Shown: positions 32,001 through 38,974 of the stretch, in pieces
Layout of the letters: every line of letters begins with the position of its first letter
How positions within the stretch are numbered: the stretch's first letter is position 1
Source of the DNA: a virus
Taxonomy: Duplodnaviria > Caudoviricetes
IMG/VR virus record: IMGVR_UViG_3300032240_001498
Location: 96,001 to 160,000 of that record
DNA length: 64,000 nt
Strand: one strand, 5' to 3'
Program-made: the position numbers and the translations under genes
The notes under the pieces: model-generated
Databases searched by the model: none
What the model saw: only the letters and a program-made list of their open reading frames with translations
What the model was told of the DNA's origin: nothing

Positions 32001-33634
32001 CAAAACAAATTCAAGTTTGGTTGTTCAATGCACCTGCTAAAGCCTACAGTCAAGTACACGAACAGGTGTTTACAAATGTAAACCCTCAAAATACTACATT
32101 CTTCTTGGCTCAAGTGCCAAGCACTGCACTACCGCATGAACCGCAGATGATTGTTGAATACAACAAGCAAAGACTAATACCTCCTCAGGTAAGTTACTAC
32201 GTTGTGGAAAACGACCAGTCAGAATTTACGGTTGACTTGAATGATCCGTTATTGCCCGGTCGAATTGACTTGACTAATGTTAAGGTATACAAGAATGGAA
32301 AACCTTTAATTCCAGGAATAGAATTTAACTTTACACCCGCACCTGTAAAAGTCACATTCCCATTGGGAACCACCCAGAACGGAGATGTATTGGCTATTAT
32401 GAGTTTGGTTGGCAATCAATACATGTTTGATGACCAAGATCAATTTTTAACAATACAAAATATACCCAACAGACAAGCTGGTGATACACTAAGAGTTATT
32501 ACATTTAGTAACGATAGTGGCGCCTTTATAAACCCAACAACAGGTGTATCTAGAGATGACACAGCACAAGAAGGCATGTTCCGCAAGGAGAGATATCCTG
32601 CCAATGCAGTTGGCCGTTATGTAATGAGTCGACCTATTTTCAATACAAACTATGTTTGGGTAGAATACAACGGATTGCCGCTACAAAACGACATAGACTA
32701 TGCTGTAGAAGATGACGGAGTTACTGTAAGACTTAGAGAAGGCATCTTCCAAAGTAAAGCTGACAAAGTGGTTATTATGAGTTTGAATGATAGTTCATAC
32801 AACGGAAGCCATGCATACAGAATGTTCACTGACTTGGTTGGACGAACATCTTACAAGCGTTTGAGTCAAGCAAATACAACCGCGCTGGCACAACCTTTGT
32901 TAGCAACTGATACAATAGTGTATGTTACAAATGCATCAGCGTTAACTCCACCTAATACACAGAAGAATTTACCAGGGATTGTATACATTGCAGGCGAGCG
33001 TATTGAGTTCTTCTTAGTAAACAACACATTGAACTCTTTAGGGCAGTTACGAAGAGGCACGTTGGGCACAGGTATTTTAGACGGCCTGCCAGCAGGTACA
33101 GCAGTAATTGACCAAGGTCCGTTACAGAATATCCCAGTTAAAGAAAAAACCGTTATTGAAAAGTTTGTAGGGTCAGCAACAAATAGTGTGTTTACTCTGA
33201 CGCAGATAAATCTAGTTGAAAGCGCACCGTACGGCGATCAAATAGAAGTTCGTGCTAACGGAATTTTACAACTCAAGCCAACTATCAATATATCGACTAC
33301 TGATATCAACATAGCACTTGATTCAGGACAAACTGATTCGTTGGGAAATTCCAACATTTCTACCACAACGTCTTATTATACCGTCACAAAACGGATAATT
33401 AATAATAAGAGTGTCCCAGTGGTTATTTGGAATAACGCCTTTACGGTTACTACCTATATTTCTGTATCACAGAGAATAGGTGAGATCTTTGAAAACACAC
33501 CGGCTATTAGTTTCATAAACGAACAGCCAGCCGCTTTACCAAACGATGCTTATTACCCAGGTGATCCAGTAATTATACTAGAAACTGGCGAAGTATTAAC
33601 AGATGAGAGTCAAGTACCACTTGAAGGAATTTAA
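20036..33634 (+). CDS. Giant (4532 aa) multidomain virion/baseplate protein
   Basis: Uninterrupted 13.6-kb ORF after gp6; gp7-like N-terminus (LLPAYLQTDKNIKFL), CBM/SH3-like W..Y..G.VV.Y modules, FG-GAP-like GAP repeats (~26400-27800), Ig-like GSNY.PP.V repeats, coiled-coil insert (~30880-31130). Confidence 0.8.
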   Translation: MAKNTRNELTDVYNLNDPSHTRKTSDLLPAYLQTDKNIKFLSSTLDRLVEVPRVERISGYVGSKITSTYNPLKDQYISSVSKLTQDYQLEPGLVVRDENNEITHAVSYDDLINQLSYYGATTNNHDKILRPTTYSYDPKIDIDKFVNYTQYYWLEGGPDPIEITGMQNATVSEYTVTDGGATIDTFTTVDLKTISSANNATVFIFTPNGLTPDPTVTFYRGMTYVLNVTSVHNLYIKTALSYGQADQYTGVINNGSKDGQIIITVDDLTPDVLYYVAGDDTRVAGKIVVKSMLENTELNVETDLIGKKVYRSGNNVVLSNGMVIYFPDSVFPESYARKRWIVEGVGTAITLIDFDSLQNNVDLSNNLDTNFDAQRFDEYPFDDFRNAPITPDYVTINRASLDRNPWSRYNRWFHAGIIEASAKANGVPSVYPQDKRARRPIIEFQPNIKLFNFGVISKPNAHLMDTVTTDTFFAVEGSAGYYVDGVLLEEGYRVIFNADLDPLVRGKTFVVKIETVNGNQIINLIEDLTSTPSVGDAVVTAEGSIYRGSSWWWDGTSWILAQQKTGLNQAPVFDLFDPNGISYSDTTHYPGNFSGTRLFGYTDGTIYDPVLNLNLKYLNVANIGDFLFTNYFNTDTFSVASATGTTIVPVSSGFLKISDKFANAWVRSATIQIPILQYQVIETITNSIEVNAIDYAGWQTDLTIDVFVNDVKKIKFVDYEVVPENQYLIVVFKANLAISDRVLFKLYTTAVPNANGTYEPSLSLTNNPLNGPITQLTLAEFTNQLQSISEKVPFFTGSALGSNNLRDLGDTAQYGKRLISHVSPLSFAHFFIGLKEHSIINAVKKVSDDYQNFKSTFLKAVDEITNAITPRDAVDQILSTINAGKDIMFPYGYSDMVPYGQDYVLRTYTVTDLRITTYALPSIVNLVDVNDNAVIIYINGSQAMLNIDYTIPSTDPSVTFVKKLNLGDLIEIRSYATTQGCYVPNTPSKLGLYPSFSPSRYFDTTYTTPSFVIEGHDGSIMQAYNDYRDDIILELEKRIFNNIKSNSVYSPSLVDINSVLPGAYRNKDFSYSEIFKILSSEFLKWTGANGVDYRKNIIAVNEPRTWNYRTSATNPTNNLQLPGHWRGIFKYFYDTDRPHTHAWEMLGFSEQPDWWRSQYGPAPFTSGNTLLWTDLSYGIIRQGPRAGVDLNYARPNLLDILPVTENGTLLDPQSIGLAQNVIFNQTNAEWIFGDHGPAETAWRRSSSWPFAVQILLALTKPADYASILFDTSRIQLSVAGQTVYGLNEQLLKLSDLILYRDTIDGKLQYAAGYSVMLIEAGLQRNLNYIDKLKADLAGVDYNLIYKAEGFLDKDKLAVRIDSVDPSSVNPGVLLPAEDYAIQLNQSNPILSLSISGIIVQKSQGAYIVKGYDSLKPYFTILNPIHSFQDTKVTLGGTSENFVTWTENKFYQTGQLVSYQNNYYRTKLSHTATTTFNSSNFQQLADLPTVGGVTVAKARQYETATTTVSYGSTLLTIQDVYDFLMGYGKYLERQGFVFDYFQTELNSILDWDFATKEFLFWTTQNWIDGSIIVLSPFAQQVKFKTVDSLGNQTLYGIVDDLTDPYYQYNLLTADGTVFPSQQFTLSREDNQFVIESLLPNTGFYFAQVNIIQKQHAVIFNNFSMFNDIVYDKETGYRQQRIKLTGFRTAEWNGGLTTPGFIYDEAVVADWQQYTDYAPGEVVRYSGKYYSAIMKVDGSAAFDFTGWWGLGLKPTPSLLPNFEYKITQFEDFYSLDIDNFDVGQQRMAQHLTGYTPRIYLDNIFDDRIAQYKFYQGYIKEKGTANSVTKLAKASLNNLQGQVEFLETWAFRIGAFGGYNSYKELQINLSDQKFVQNPQIIQFTGFSSVNNDFIYRVPQSDVLIVPDDYDYNKVFPTLDTNFSEYIPEIQTAGYVRVDDVTATAYNVNSILDIGDPNLIAEGSTFWLGFSPTGSWDVLRYTRQNVQIIDVTVTNPGIGIQFTTAQSHGLSVGEIVAVSRFIPDLNKVYLITSIESNTQFTVSSTLTAVPYSSDVYIGIVSKFVSVRFGSFDDLASLPRLTTTKYGDKIWVDNDGTKKWAVYEKINNYSATTYSDAVDNTNQLYGFSFSTNESTSTYVVSAPGFYDNNYGYGKIFVYDKTSTRDVKTNTIFTYSLKDSSHDYYLSTVSPEFGYSLKYDATNNIIFAGAPATSRVRGDATGTGDLRFVNDANNVTPLDRTGMIKITAINRILNQPVTLAALTTPNPTSNGRYGNSIVANSSATNKQFLVGAPGEGIGHVYNYTMTMGQYNTSTVTVSALTALSNANLPTGSFFGQSIAASDDLSIVAVGAPGAYTDTGVVRIFTKNSNNTFTALPADITKDTTGPDGKGGLKGLITSGDLLGNKLVMSKDGQYLFISSPGTQYGLYQGMVSVWKWNGSKFAWLQNLTQPNRNSNTIFGFDISVDDTKETLVISSIGTLELQNITFDTYMGLLPNATALYGTKYVKDPATDVRHVKTTFDNQSTRFYSNIEGAGSVSVFNRYQTYFSYAQDIQSNAITTGSDFGYSITQLGGNIYVGAPTSDTLAGKNNGQTFIFQKIDRSVNSWSLLRYEEPLVDPAVIKRLMIIDADKDVITQYLEIFDPVKGYVPGAAEQELSYKTMTDPATYTLGTGKISVDTNANWTDTHVGELWWDTGAVKYYWYEQGDLEYRKNQWGTTFPGSAIQVYEWVSSDLLPSEWAAVADTNNGLLRGISGQPKYPDNSVLSVKQVYNQVTNTFSNVYYYWVRNKTTLPATRNRRINAITVAGLIADPKNQLVEHATILRQDALALVNIKGLINNNSTNLHINFDRLTNSTPRHTEWLLLQEGDPYSSPSVMLEQKLIDSLVGYDKIGQPVPDPSLSVQQRYGINVRPRQTMFADRIEALRTVLEWTNTVLLENRIISLKSIPNLKMMEQIPSSEENAWDQIVETNYQLDLIETKALRQAQLVCTINSNGGIDRVTVSYSGNNYLYPPTVTVAGNGHGAVIHTMLNDLGRVVGATIVEPGSGYTAIPKLIVRPYTVYVQTDSEANNMWSKFEWNQAEQLWIRIHSQQYDVTKYWAPVDWTRADYNNLQLISYTISDTYGLNGITPRIGDLVKIQNAGAGRYVVLKKVDKTIKVGTFDTDYDIIAEEKGTIQIDPALWSLSLTDFGFDEVAAYDSTFFDQAPDVELKYILKAIKDDLFVGDLKHYWNKFFFHAVKYVFSEQTNLDWAFKTAFISVKNKAGALDQRPTYKLQDSAFYEKWIEEVKPYHTKIRNFTTDYTSLEPTHTFSTDFDLPAYYDQTLEKFTTLKSFGDPLLNTYPYKSWADNFSYGVGEVQVTNGGSNYVSPPRVEIITAPGDTGYGATAIAYISLGKVYDFVVTNPGSNYTVTPTVVLIGGGGKDFEPARARAQLYNGKVRSTSVTMKFDRISYGTEIVDINATDYFVGDGETYTWLLTWVPQAEKNTIDLTIDGSMILSDQYTIEYYSDLFTNTSGVTALKKFAKLVLNFVPDKEKRLVLKYIKDIKLLSAVDRINNYYNPGSGMPGKELTQLMKGMTFGGVKVDTLPFNYASGWDALPYYTSAWDSYSSEANYGVVTDPLNKAVAQATSINAELASATTELSFWSTRLSQLQSALAQTPTLIQVPGAGVQLINNPEYQYILGQVNEAQIQVNNYTAKIAELNGILTKGAAQLIPITTPFTVPVGTNINVYVTTGSGRTTRLDPTVVPTIIGSGTTATVYIPLANFTQSFTATQYVTFRDQTSDGTILPGDPDALDAVISGGQLGEITLGIKPSDILLDGSAFLDTNYSHAPEELLPGQVQESFAVTVFESKGQASPLIINRKYLLDNLTTTFEIGGKPASTASVLVSVGTTPLRYAVDYTVNTIANTVSIASNTWTGWLSVSGLTVGGTGLVDTQIATTVNATSTTIVSSVALASIKDAYVTVNGQETKTFAINAAPGYQNKKKPKGAITVYHNNIGSKQIQVWLFNAPAKAYSQVHEQVFTNVNPQNTTFFLAQVPSTALPHEPQMIVEYNKQRLIPPQVSYYVVENDQSEFTVDLNDPLLPGRIDLTNVKVYKNGKPLIPGIEFNFTPAPVKVTFPLGTTQNGDVLAIMSLVGNQYMFDDQDQFLTIQNIPNRQAGDTLRVITFSNDSGAFINPTTGVSRDDTAQEGMFRKERYPANAVGRYVMSRPIFNTNYVWVEYNGLPLQNDIDYAVEDDGVTVRLREGIFQSKADKVVIMSLNDSSYNGSHAYRMFTDLVGRTSYKRLSQANTTALAQPLLATDTIVYVTNASALTPPNTQKNLPGIVYIAGERIEFFLVNNTLNSLGQLRRGTLGTGILDGLPAGTAVIDQGPLQNIPVKEKTVIEKFVGSATNSVFTLTQINLVESAPYGDQIEVRANGILQLKPTINISTTDINIALDSGQTDSLGNSNISTTTSYYTVTKRIINNKSVPVVIWNNAFTVTTYISVSQRIGEIFENTPAISFINEQPAALPNDAYYPGDPVIILETGEVLTDESQVPLEGI

Positions 33635-33636
33635 TT

Positions 33637-36390
33637 ATGACAAAAATTACGCAATTACCTGTAGTTTCAGCAATGGCAGACCAAAGTCTGTTTGTTGTTG
33701 TTGACAACGGTGTAACTAAAAAACTTACCTATTCAACACTTAAGGCAACCCTTAAGGGAGATAAAGGTGAAACTGGAGCCAAGGGCGATACTGGTGCCCA
33801 AGGTGCAAAAGGTGATACCGGCGCAAAAGGTGATACCGGCGCACAGGGTCCTGTAGGTCCACTTGCTCCGTTTAGTACAGCAACTACGGTTCGTCTTGGT
33901 GGTTTTAAAGTAGGCACCGGTATCAATGTCACTGGTGACGGAACACTTAGCGTTCCTATTGTTACAATTAACACAGCTACAGCCAGCGCATCTGGTACTG
34001 TTGTTCCCGGACTAGGATTAAAATTAGTTGACGGTCTAGCAACAACAATCATATCTCCGAGATTATATTTGAGTGTTTCTGAAGAATATGTTGTAGGAAA
34101 TTCAGCATCTAGTGGGTACACATTTGAAGGATACAACGGATCAAATCCCGTACTTACTGTACAGCCTGGTGCAACATATTCTTGGGTCTTTACATCTAAT
34201 CCGGGAGAGCACCCTTGGCAGGTACGTTCAGCACCTGGTGGTGTTGCAATCACTGAAGGTCGCTGGTGGTTTGTCAGTAACAATGGCACGGTAATTAAAG
34301 GCGGAGCACTTGCAAATATAGGTAGAGATGACGGAACATTGTTCTGGCAAGTTCCAAATAATCCTTCTCAGTACATCTTCTACTATCAGTGTACTCATCA
34401 TCCTGCTATGGTTGGCCAGATCGTAGTACAGAATGATCAGAGTATATTCTTAGGTCGAACTAACACTTACAATAGTGCTGTTCCCACAAACATTATTCCT
34501 GACGGTGATGCTACTAGAAACATTGGATCATTGGCAAAACGAATCGGAACAACGTTCACACAGAACGTTAATTTCTCTGGACTATTGGTAACAAATACCA
34601 ATGGTAGACTAACATCTACAGGTGGCTTTGATGTTGGCAAATCTGTAACAAAGGTTCAAGTAACCACAGGCGGAACATATATCAATACACCGCAAGTTAA
34701 GGTTATAGATATTACAGGAAAAGATTTTGCAGGAACTGCGGCACTATCTCCGACTTCAGTTGATCGTCTTGATGTTAATATAACACCAAGTGTTCCTGAC
34801 ATAGCATCGACTGCTACGGTAGATATTACTATCAGTAATCCAGCGTCAGGTACCCAAGCAACAGCTATTGCAACTGTGGATCTCTACCTAGATGACCTAC
34901 AGGTTAGTTACTCAACTACTCCAACAGCATCTTTGGTAGTCAATGCAAACGTAACATTAGGTGCAGGGGCTACACTACAAATCAGTGATCAAGCACAGGC
35001 AAACTCATTAAATGCGTTTATTGCATATCAAACTCTTGCAGATACTCGTGATGGACTTCCAAAGTTCTTAGATCCTGGTACAAACACACTAAAGACTTTT
35101 AAGATACTATCTGTAGACCTACCAACAAGAACAATTTCTTTTGATCTCTCATTGGCTCGAGCAACAATACCTGCAGGTGTTTATGTGTTTGCTGTACCTC
35201 AGCCCACTATTGCTGATGGGGCATACCCTATCGTTTGTACAGGTATTCAAATTGGACAGTTTGTTGCCAGTAGCGGCCAATACTCAGTGGCTATAGCAGA
35301 TAGATTAGATACTGCTCGACTACCTCAAGGAACTACTGCTACCAGTTATCTGGCAGTCAGTTGTACTCCATTAACTGGACAGCCGGGTTTTTACTTCTTG
35401 TCAAGTGATATCGCAGGAACCAACATTAACAAAGTTAAAGTTCGTTCCGGTGTAACCAGTACTGTATTAGGTACAGGTGGCTCCGGATATACAAGCACTC
35501 CTACTATTAGTGTAACAGTAGATGGCACACCTAATCCTGTATTATCTAATAATATTAGAGCTATCCTAGCTCCAACAACAGTAAGCGGTGTAACGGTTAC
35601 AAATTTTGGTCAACAATATACCGCGGCAGCTCAGGGCATTTTAGTATCGCCATTAAGTAGTGTAGGCACAACTGTATCAAATGCAGATAATAATCTTTGG
35701 AAAGTTACTACAAACTTGTATCCATTAGGTACTGCACGTACAGCAGGAACACAACTCTATGTGTATGCCACTGGATCTTTTGGTAACGGAAAAGGTGACG
35801 GCGCATCACTTGCTATCACCGCAGGTCAAACAGTAACATCTTTAACTAACCCTGGTTCTACTCCCGGAACTGTTGTCAGTGTGACACCTATTTTCAACAA
35901 GAGAAATGGGCTTCGTTTATACAGAGTTAATATGAGTGCAAGCTCATCTGCGGCCGTTGATGAAATCTTAAACTTTGGCGGTACTGCCGGAGCTGTAGCA
36001 ATTACACAAGCAGGTGCTCAACCTGTATTAACTGCTACTACAACTACACCAGGAACTGTTGTAGTAGGAACTGGTCTGGCTGTAGATAACAACGGACTGC
36101 TAACTGTAAATCTAGGATCAGGTACTGTACCATTTGCCGCAATTAACTCAGTGGGAGATATAGATACCCAGGGCGATGTTAATGCCACTGGTAATATATA
36201 TGGAACTAACGTATTTGCCAACACAATAGTTGTAAGCAAAGTATCACCAGCTACTTCTAAAGGAGCTGTTGGGGACAAAGCAGGTATGTTTGCCTACGAT
36301 GCAGGACATTTATCCGTTTGTGTAGCGGACTATACAGACGGCACAGCAAACATTTGGAGACGTATCTCTTGGACAAGTAGTTCGTGGTAA
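33637..36390 (+). CDS. Tail-fibre-like protein with collagen repeat and cupredoxin-like domain
   Basis: 917 aa; MTKITQLP N-terminal motif, Gly-X-Y run, GEHP...YYQCTHHPAM, Thr/Val/Gly-rich beta domains. Confidence 0.7.
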   Translation: MTKITQLPVVSAMADQSLFVVVDNGVTKKLTYSTLKATLKGDKGETGAKGDTGAQGAKGDTGAKGDTGAQGPVGPLAPFSTATTVRLGGFKVGTGINVTGDGTLSVPIVTINTATASASGTVVPGLGLKLVDGLATTIISPRLYLSVSEEYVVGNSASSGYTFEGYNGSNPVLTVQPGATYSWVFTSNPGEHPWQVRSAPGGVAITEGRWWFVSNNGTVIKGGALANIGRDDGTLFWQVPNNPSQYIFYYQCTHHPAMVGQIVVQNDQSIFLGRTNTYNSAVPTNIIPDGDATRNIGSLAKRIGTTFTQNVNFSGLLVTNTNGRLTSTGGFDVGKSVTKVQVTTGGTYINTPQVKVIDITGKDFAGTAALSPTSVDRLDVNITPSVPDIASTATVDITISNPASGTQATAIATVDLYLDDLQVSYSTTPTASLVVNANVTLGAGATLQISDQAQANSLNAFIAYQTLADTRDGLPKFLDPGTNTLKTFKILSVDLPTRTISFDLSLARATIPAGVYVFAVPQPTIADGAYPIVCTGIQIGQFVASSGQYSVAIADRLDTARLPQGTTATSYLAVSCTPLTGQPGFYFLSSDIAGTNINKVKVRSGVTSTVLGTGGSGYTSTPTISVTVDGTPNPVLSNNIRAILAPTTVSGVTVTNFGQQYTAAAQGILVSPLSSVGTTVSNADNNLWKVTTNLYPLGTARTAGTQLYVYATGSFGNGKGDGASLAITAGQTVTSLTNPGSTPGTVVSVTPIFNKRNGLRLYRVNMSASSSAAVDEILNFGGTAGAVAITQAGAQPVLTATTTTPGTVVVGTGLAVDNNGLLTVNLGSGTVPFAAINSVGDIDTQGDVNATGNIYGTNVFANTIVVSKVSPATSKGAVGDKAGMFAYDAGHLSVCVADYTDGTANIWRRISWTSSSW
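33757..33861 (+). repeat. Collagen-like Gly-X-Y repeat (about 11 triplets) with near-tandem 18-bp units
   Basis: GDKGETGAKGDTGAQGAKGDTGAKGDTGAQGPVGP; ggtgcaaaaggtgatacc / ggcgcaaaaggtgatacc. Confidence 0.9.
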
Positions 36391-36411
36391 AGTCTACAGT
36401 TAACAAGCGAA

Positions 36412-36417
36412 TAAATA
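36412..36417 (+). promoter_or_regulatory. TAAATA box 5 nt before ATG 36423
   Basis: gcgaaTAAATAacattATG. Confidence 0.55.
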
Positions 36418-36422
36418 ACATT

Positions 36423-37091
36423 ATGGATCAATCAAAAGACAACAAAATGACAGAAAATCAAGATCAAACAGCTAAACCAGCGACGCCGGACGAACAAGGA
36501 AACTTGTCTATTCGCGGTCATATTAAGATTTTTGACCCAGAAACCAAGGAAGTTATCATTGATAAGCCTAACGCTATTCACTATGAAAATTTTAGCATAG
36601 CTTTAGCAAACAGTATCAGTAATTATGGTCAGGGTTGGATCGCTGAAATGTGCTTTGGCAATGGCGGTAGCCGTGTAGATCCTACTGGTATCATTACCTA
36701 TCTAACTCCGAACGCAATCGGCAACAATGCAAATCTGTATAATCAAACATATATAAAAGTCATTGACAGCAACAGCGTGGATAATTTAGATCCATCACGT
36801 AATTTTATGAATGTGCGTCATATTACAGGTCTTCCTTACACTGATGTTATGATCAGTTGTTTGTTAGACTTTGGTGAACCTTCTGATCAAACAGCATTTG
36901 ATAACTCAACAAACTATTCAGGAAACTATGTGTTTGATGAATTAGGTCTTAGAGCATTTAGTTCTAATGGTGCAGGAACTGGCAACCTTTTAACACACGT
37001 TATTTTTCACCCAGTACAAAAAAGTCTAAACAGAATGTTGCAGATAGATTACACAATTAGAATTCAAAGTTTAACTACAATTACTGGATAA
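36423..37091 (+). CDS. Conserved virion structural protein (baseplate / fibre-assembly type)
   Basis: Start moved to 36423 (after TAAATA); RGHIKIFD, FGNGG, FDELGL, LLTHVIFHPVQKSLNR...DYTIRIQ motifs; precedes the fibre genes. Confidence 0.65.
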   Translation: MDQSKDNKMTENQDQTAKPATPDEQGNLSIRGHIKIFDPETKEVIIDKPNAIHYENFSIALANSISNYGQGWIAEMCFGNGGSRVDPTGIITYLTPNAIGNNANLYNQTYIKVIDSNSVDNLDPSRNFMNVRHITGLPYTDVMISCLLDFGEPSDQTAFDNSTNYSGNYVFDELGLRAFSSNGAGTGNLLTHVIFHPVQKSLNRMLQIDYTIRIQSLTTITG

Positions 37092-37095
37092 TTAG

Positions 37096-38970
37096 ATGTC
37101 TTATACAATAAAATTTACTGACCCGTCAAAATCGCTCGAAGCAATTATAGTGCCGGATAATGGACTTGAAACTTCCAAGACTCCTCTAACCTTAGTTGGT
37201 CGAAACTGGCCTTCATATGGCCAGATTATTGAGACAGATCTAGTACATATTTTAGAAAACTTTGCCAACAGTTCAAGACCTGCACAAAATATTGAAGGAC
37301 AATTATGGTATGACACTTCAAATCCTAATAGTAAAAAATTAAAAGTATTCGACAAGTCTGACTATGCACCAGTAGCAGGCGTACACAGAGAGCCAACCTC
37401 TCCATTAGGAATTTCTCCTGTTTATACTGGAGACATTTGGGTCGACACATCAAATAACCAACTGAGTATTTTTAACGGTTCGAGTTTTACACTAATTGGA
37501 CCAAACTATTCGAGCGCATTAAAAACAGGTAGCTATGCTACAACTTCTACAGCCATTGACGGAACTATTCATAACATTGTTATTAACTACGTTAATGATA
37601 ACGCTGTTGAAATTATATCTCAAGAAAATTTTACACCTATACAGGTAATCGACGGATTTAGCAATATTAAAGCCGGCGTAAATATTTCTGGTAAAAATTT
37701 AGGTACTGCACAAAGTCCATCATATGCAATTTTTAACGGAGTTGCGTATCAATCGAGCAATCTACAACAAACAATTCCAGCACTACAGACAGTCAGTGCC
37801 AACAACTTTGTTCGTAATGATATAGATCAAAAGGTAGCAGGACAACTAACAGTTGGTACAGATGCTGGTATTAAAATTGGGCTTGATCCTACGTTTGTTT
37901 TACAAAGAGATCCGGTTGGCCACACCGCCAGGTTTTTGAACACCGACAACCAAGGAAGATTTATATTTCAAATAACAAGTAACAATATTCAAAATACGTT
38001 ATTAACTCTTGACGGTAATACAGGACCTCAAGGAACTGAGTTTACTAAAGTAAATTTTCATTCTCAACCTAAACCTGGTGCAACTGTAGCTTACGGAACA
38101 TTTCAGGTAACTTCTGGAACTACTATGAATAGCGTAGTAGTAAATTCAACCTTATCAAACTTTGAGATTACTTCAGATAATGCGTTGTATGTTCGCGGCG
38201 GTGCAGGAGTAGATGGTGCGTTAGTTGTTACTAAAGAACATATATTAGTTGGACCACTTGCAGTAGGACGACCCACTGGTCCTGACTCCAACCAAAATGA
38301 ATCATCGGCAGCTGTAATTCCTAGAAAAGATCAATCATACGATATTGGATCAAGCACTCAAACCTGGCTCAATATATGGGGGAAAACTATTCACGGTTCC
38401 TTAGATGGCAACGCTTCGACTGCATCAAAATTAGTTGGTAATTCTTATTTTGGTATAACTGGGGATATTTATCATACGGCATTATTGACGTATGACGGTA
38501 CTCCTCGGGCAAACACCCAGCCTTATAACATAAATGTAAAACTTGACAAAGCGGCAATCTATGGTCAAAATTATGTTCCTAAAGTATCCGGAGTTTCAGT
38601 TACTGGTCCTACATTTGCTGACGATGATTTCATCATGATATATCGCCCATCAGCTCAACCAGACGTTGGCATTCAAGGTAATGGTACCCTATACAAAGAA
38701 TCAAGATACGATTTCCTAAAAGACCTATATGAATATAGACTTTCTACCGGTGCTATAGTTCCGTTTGCACAAGATACTGCTCCTCCTGGATGGTTACTCT
38801 GTGACGGTGCAACATACGATGGCGGCACAGGAACTCCGTACAATAATCTATTCCAAGTAATTAGACAGAAGTTTGGTGGACAAACAAATACACAGCAGTT
38901 TAATGTTCCAAATTTATTGAATCAATTAAGTTGGGGAGCTGGATACATCAAATATTATATAAAGACCTAA
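37096..38970 (+). CDS. Tail fibre paralogue 1, with C-terminal tail-collar domain
   Basis: Shared N-module LTLVGRN..YG...HILENFA...GQLWYD; C-terminal TGAIVPFAQDTAPPGWLLCDG...FNVPNL. Confidence 0.75.
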   Translation: MSYTIKFTDPSKSLEAIIVPDNGLETSKTPLTLVGRNWPSYGQIIETDLVHILENFANSSRPAQNIEGQLWYDTSNPNSKKLKVFDKSDYAPVAGVHREPTSPLGISPVYTGDIWVDTSNNQLSIFNGSSFTLIGPNYSSALKTGSYATTSTAIDGTIHNIVINYVNDNAVEIISQENFTPIQVIDGFSNIKAGVNISGKNLGTAQSPSYAIFNGVAYQSSNLQQTIPALQTVSANNFVRNDIDQKVAGQLTVGTDAGIKIGLDPTFVLQRDPVGHTARFLNTDNQGRFIFQITSNNIQNTLLTLDGNTGPQGTEFTKVNFHSQPKPGATVAYGTFQVTSGTTMNSVVVNSTLSNFEITSDNALYVRGGAGVDGALVVTKEHILVGPLAVGRPTGPDSNQNESSAAVIPRKDQSYDIGSSTQTWLNIWGKTIHGSLDGNASTASKLVGNSYFGITGDIYHTALLTYDGTPRANTQPYNINVKLDKAAIYGQNYVPKVSGVSVTGPTFADDDFIMIYRPSAQPDVGIQGNGTLYKESRYDFLKDLYEYRLSTGAIVPFAQDTAPPGWLLCDGATYDGGTGTPYNNLFQVIRQKFGGQTNTQQFNVPNLLNQLSWGAGYIKYYIKT

Positions 38971-38974
38971 CACT

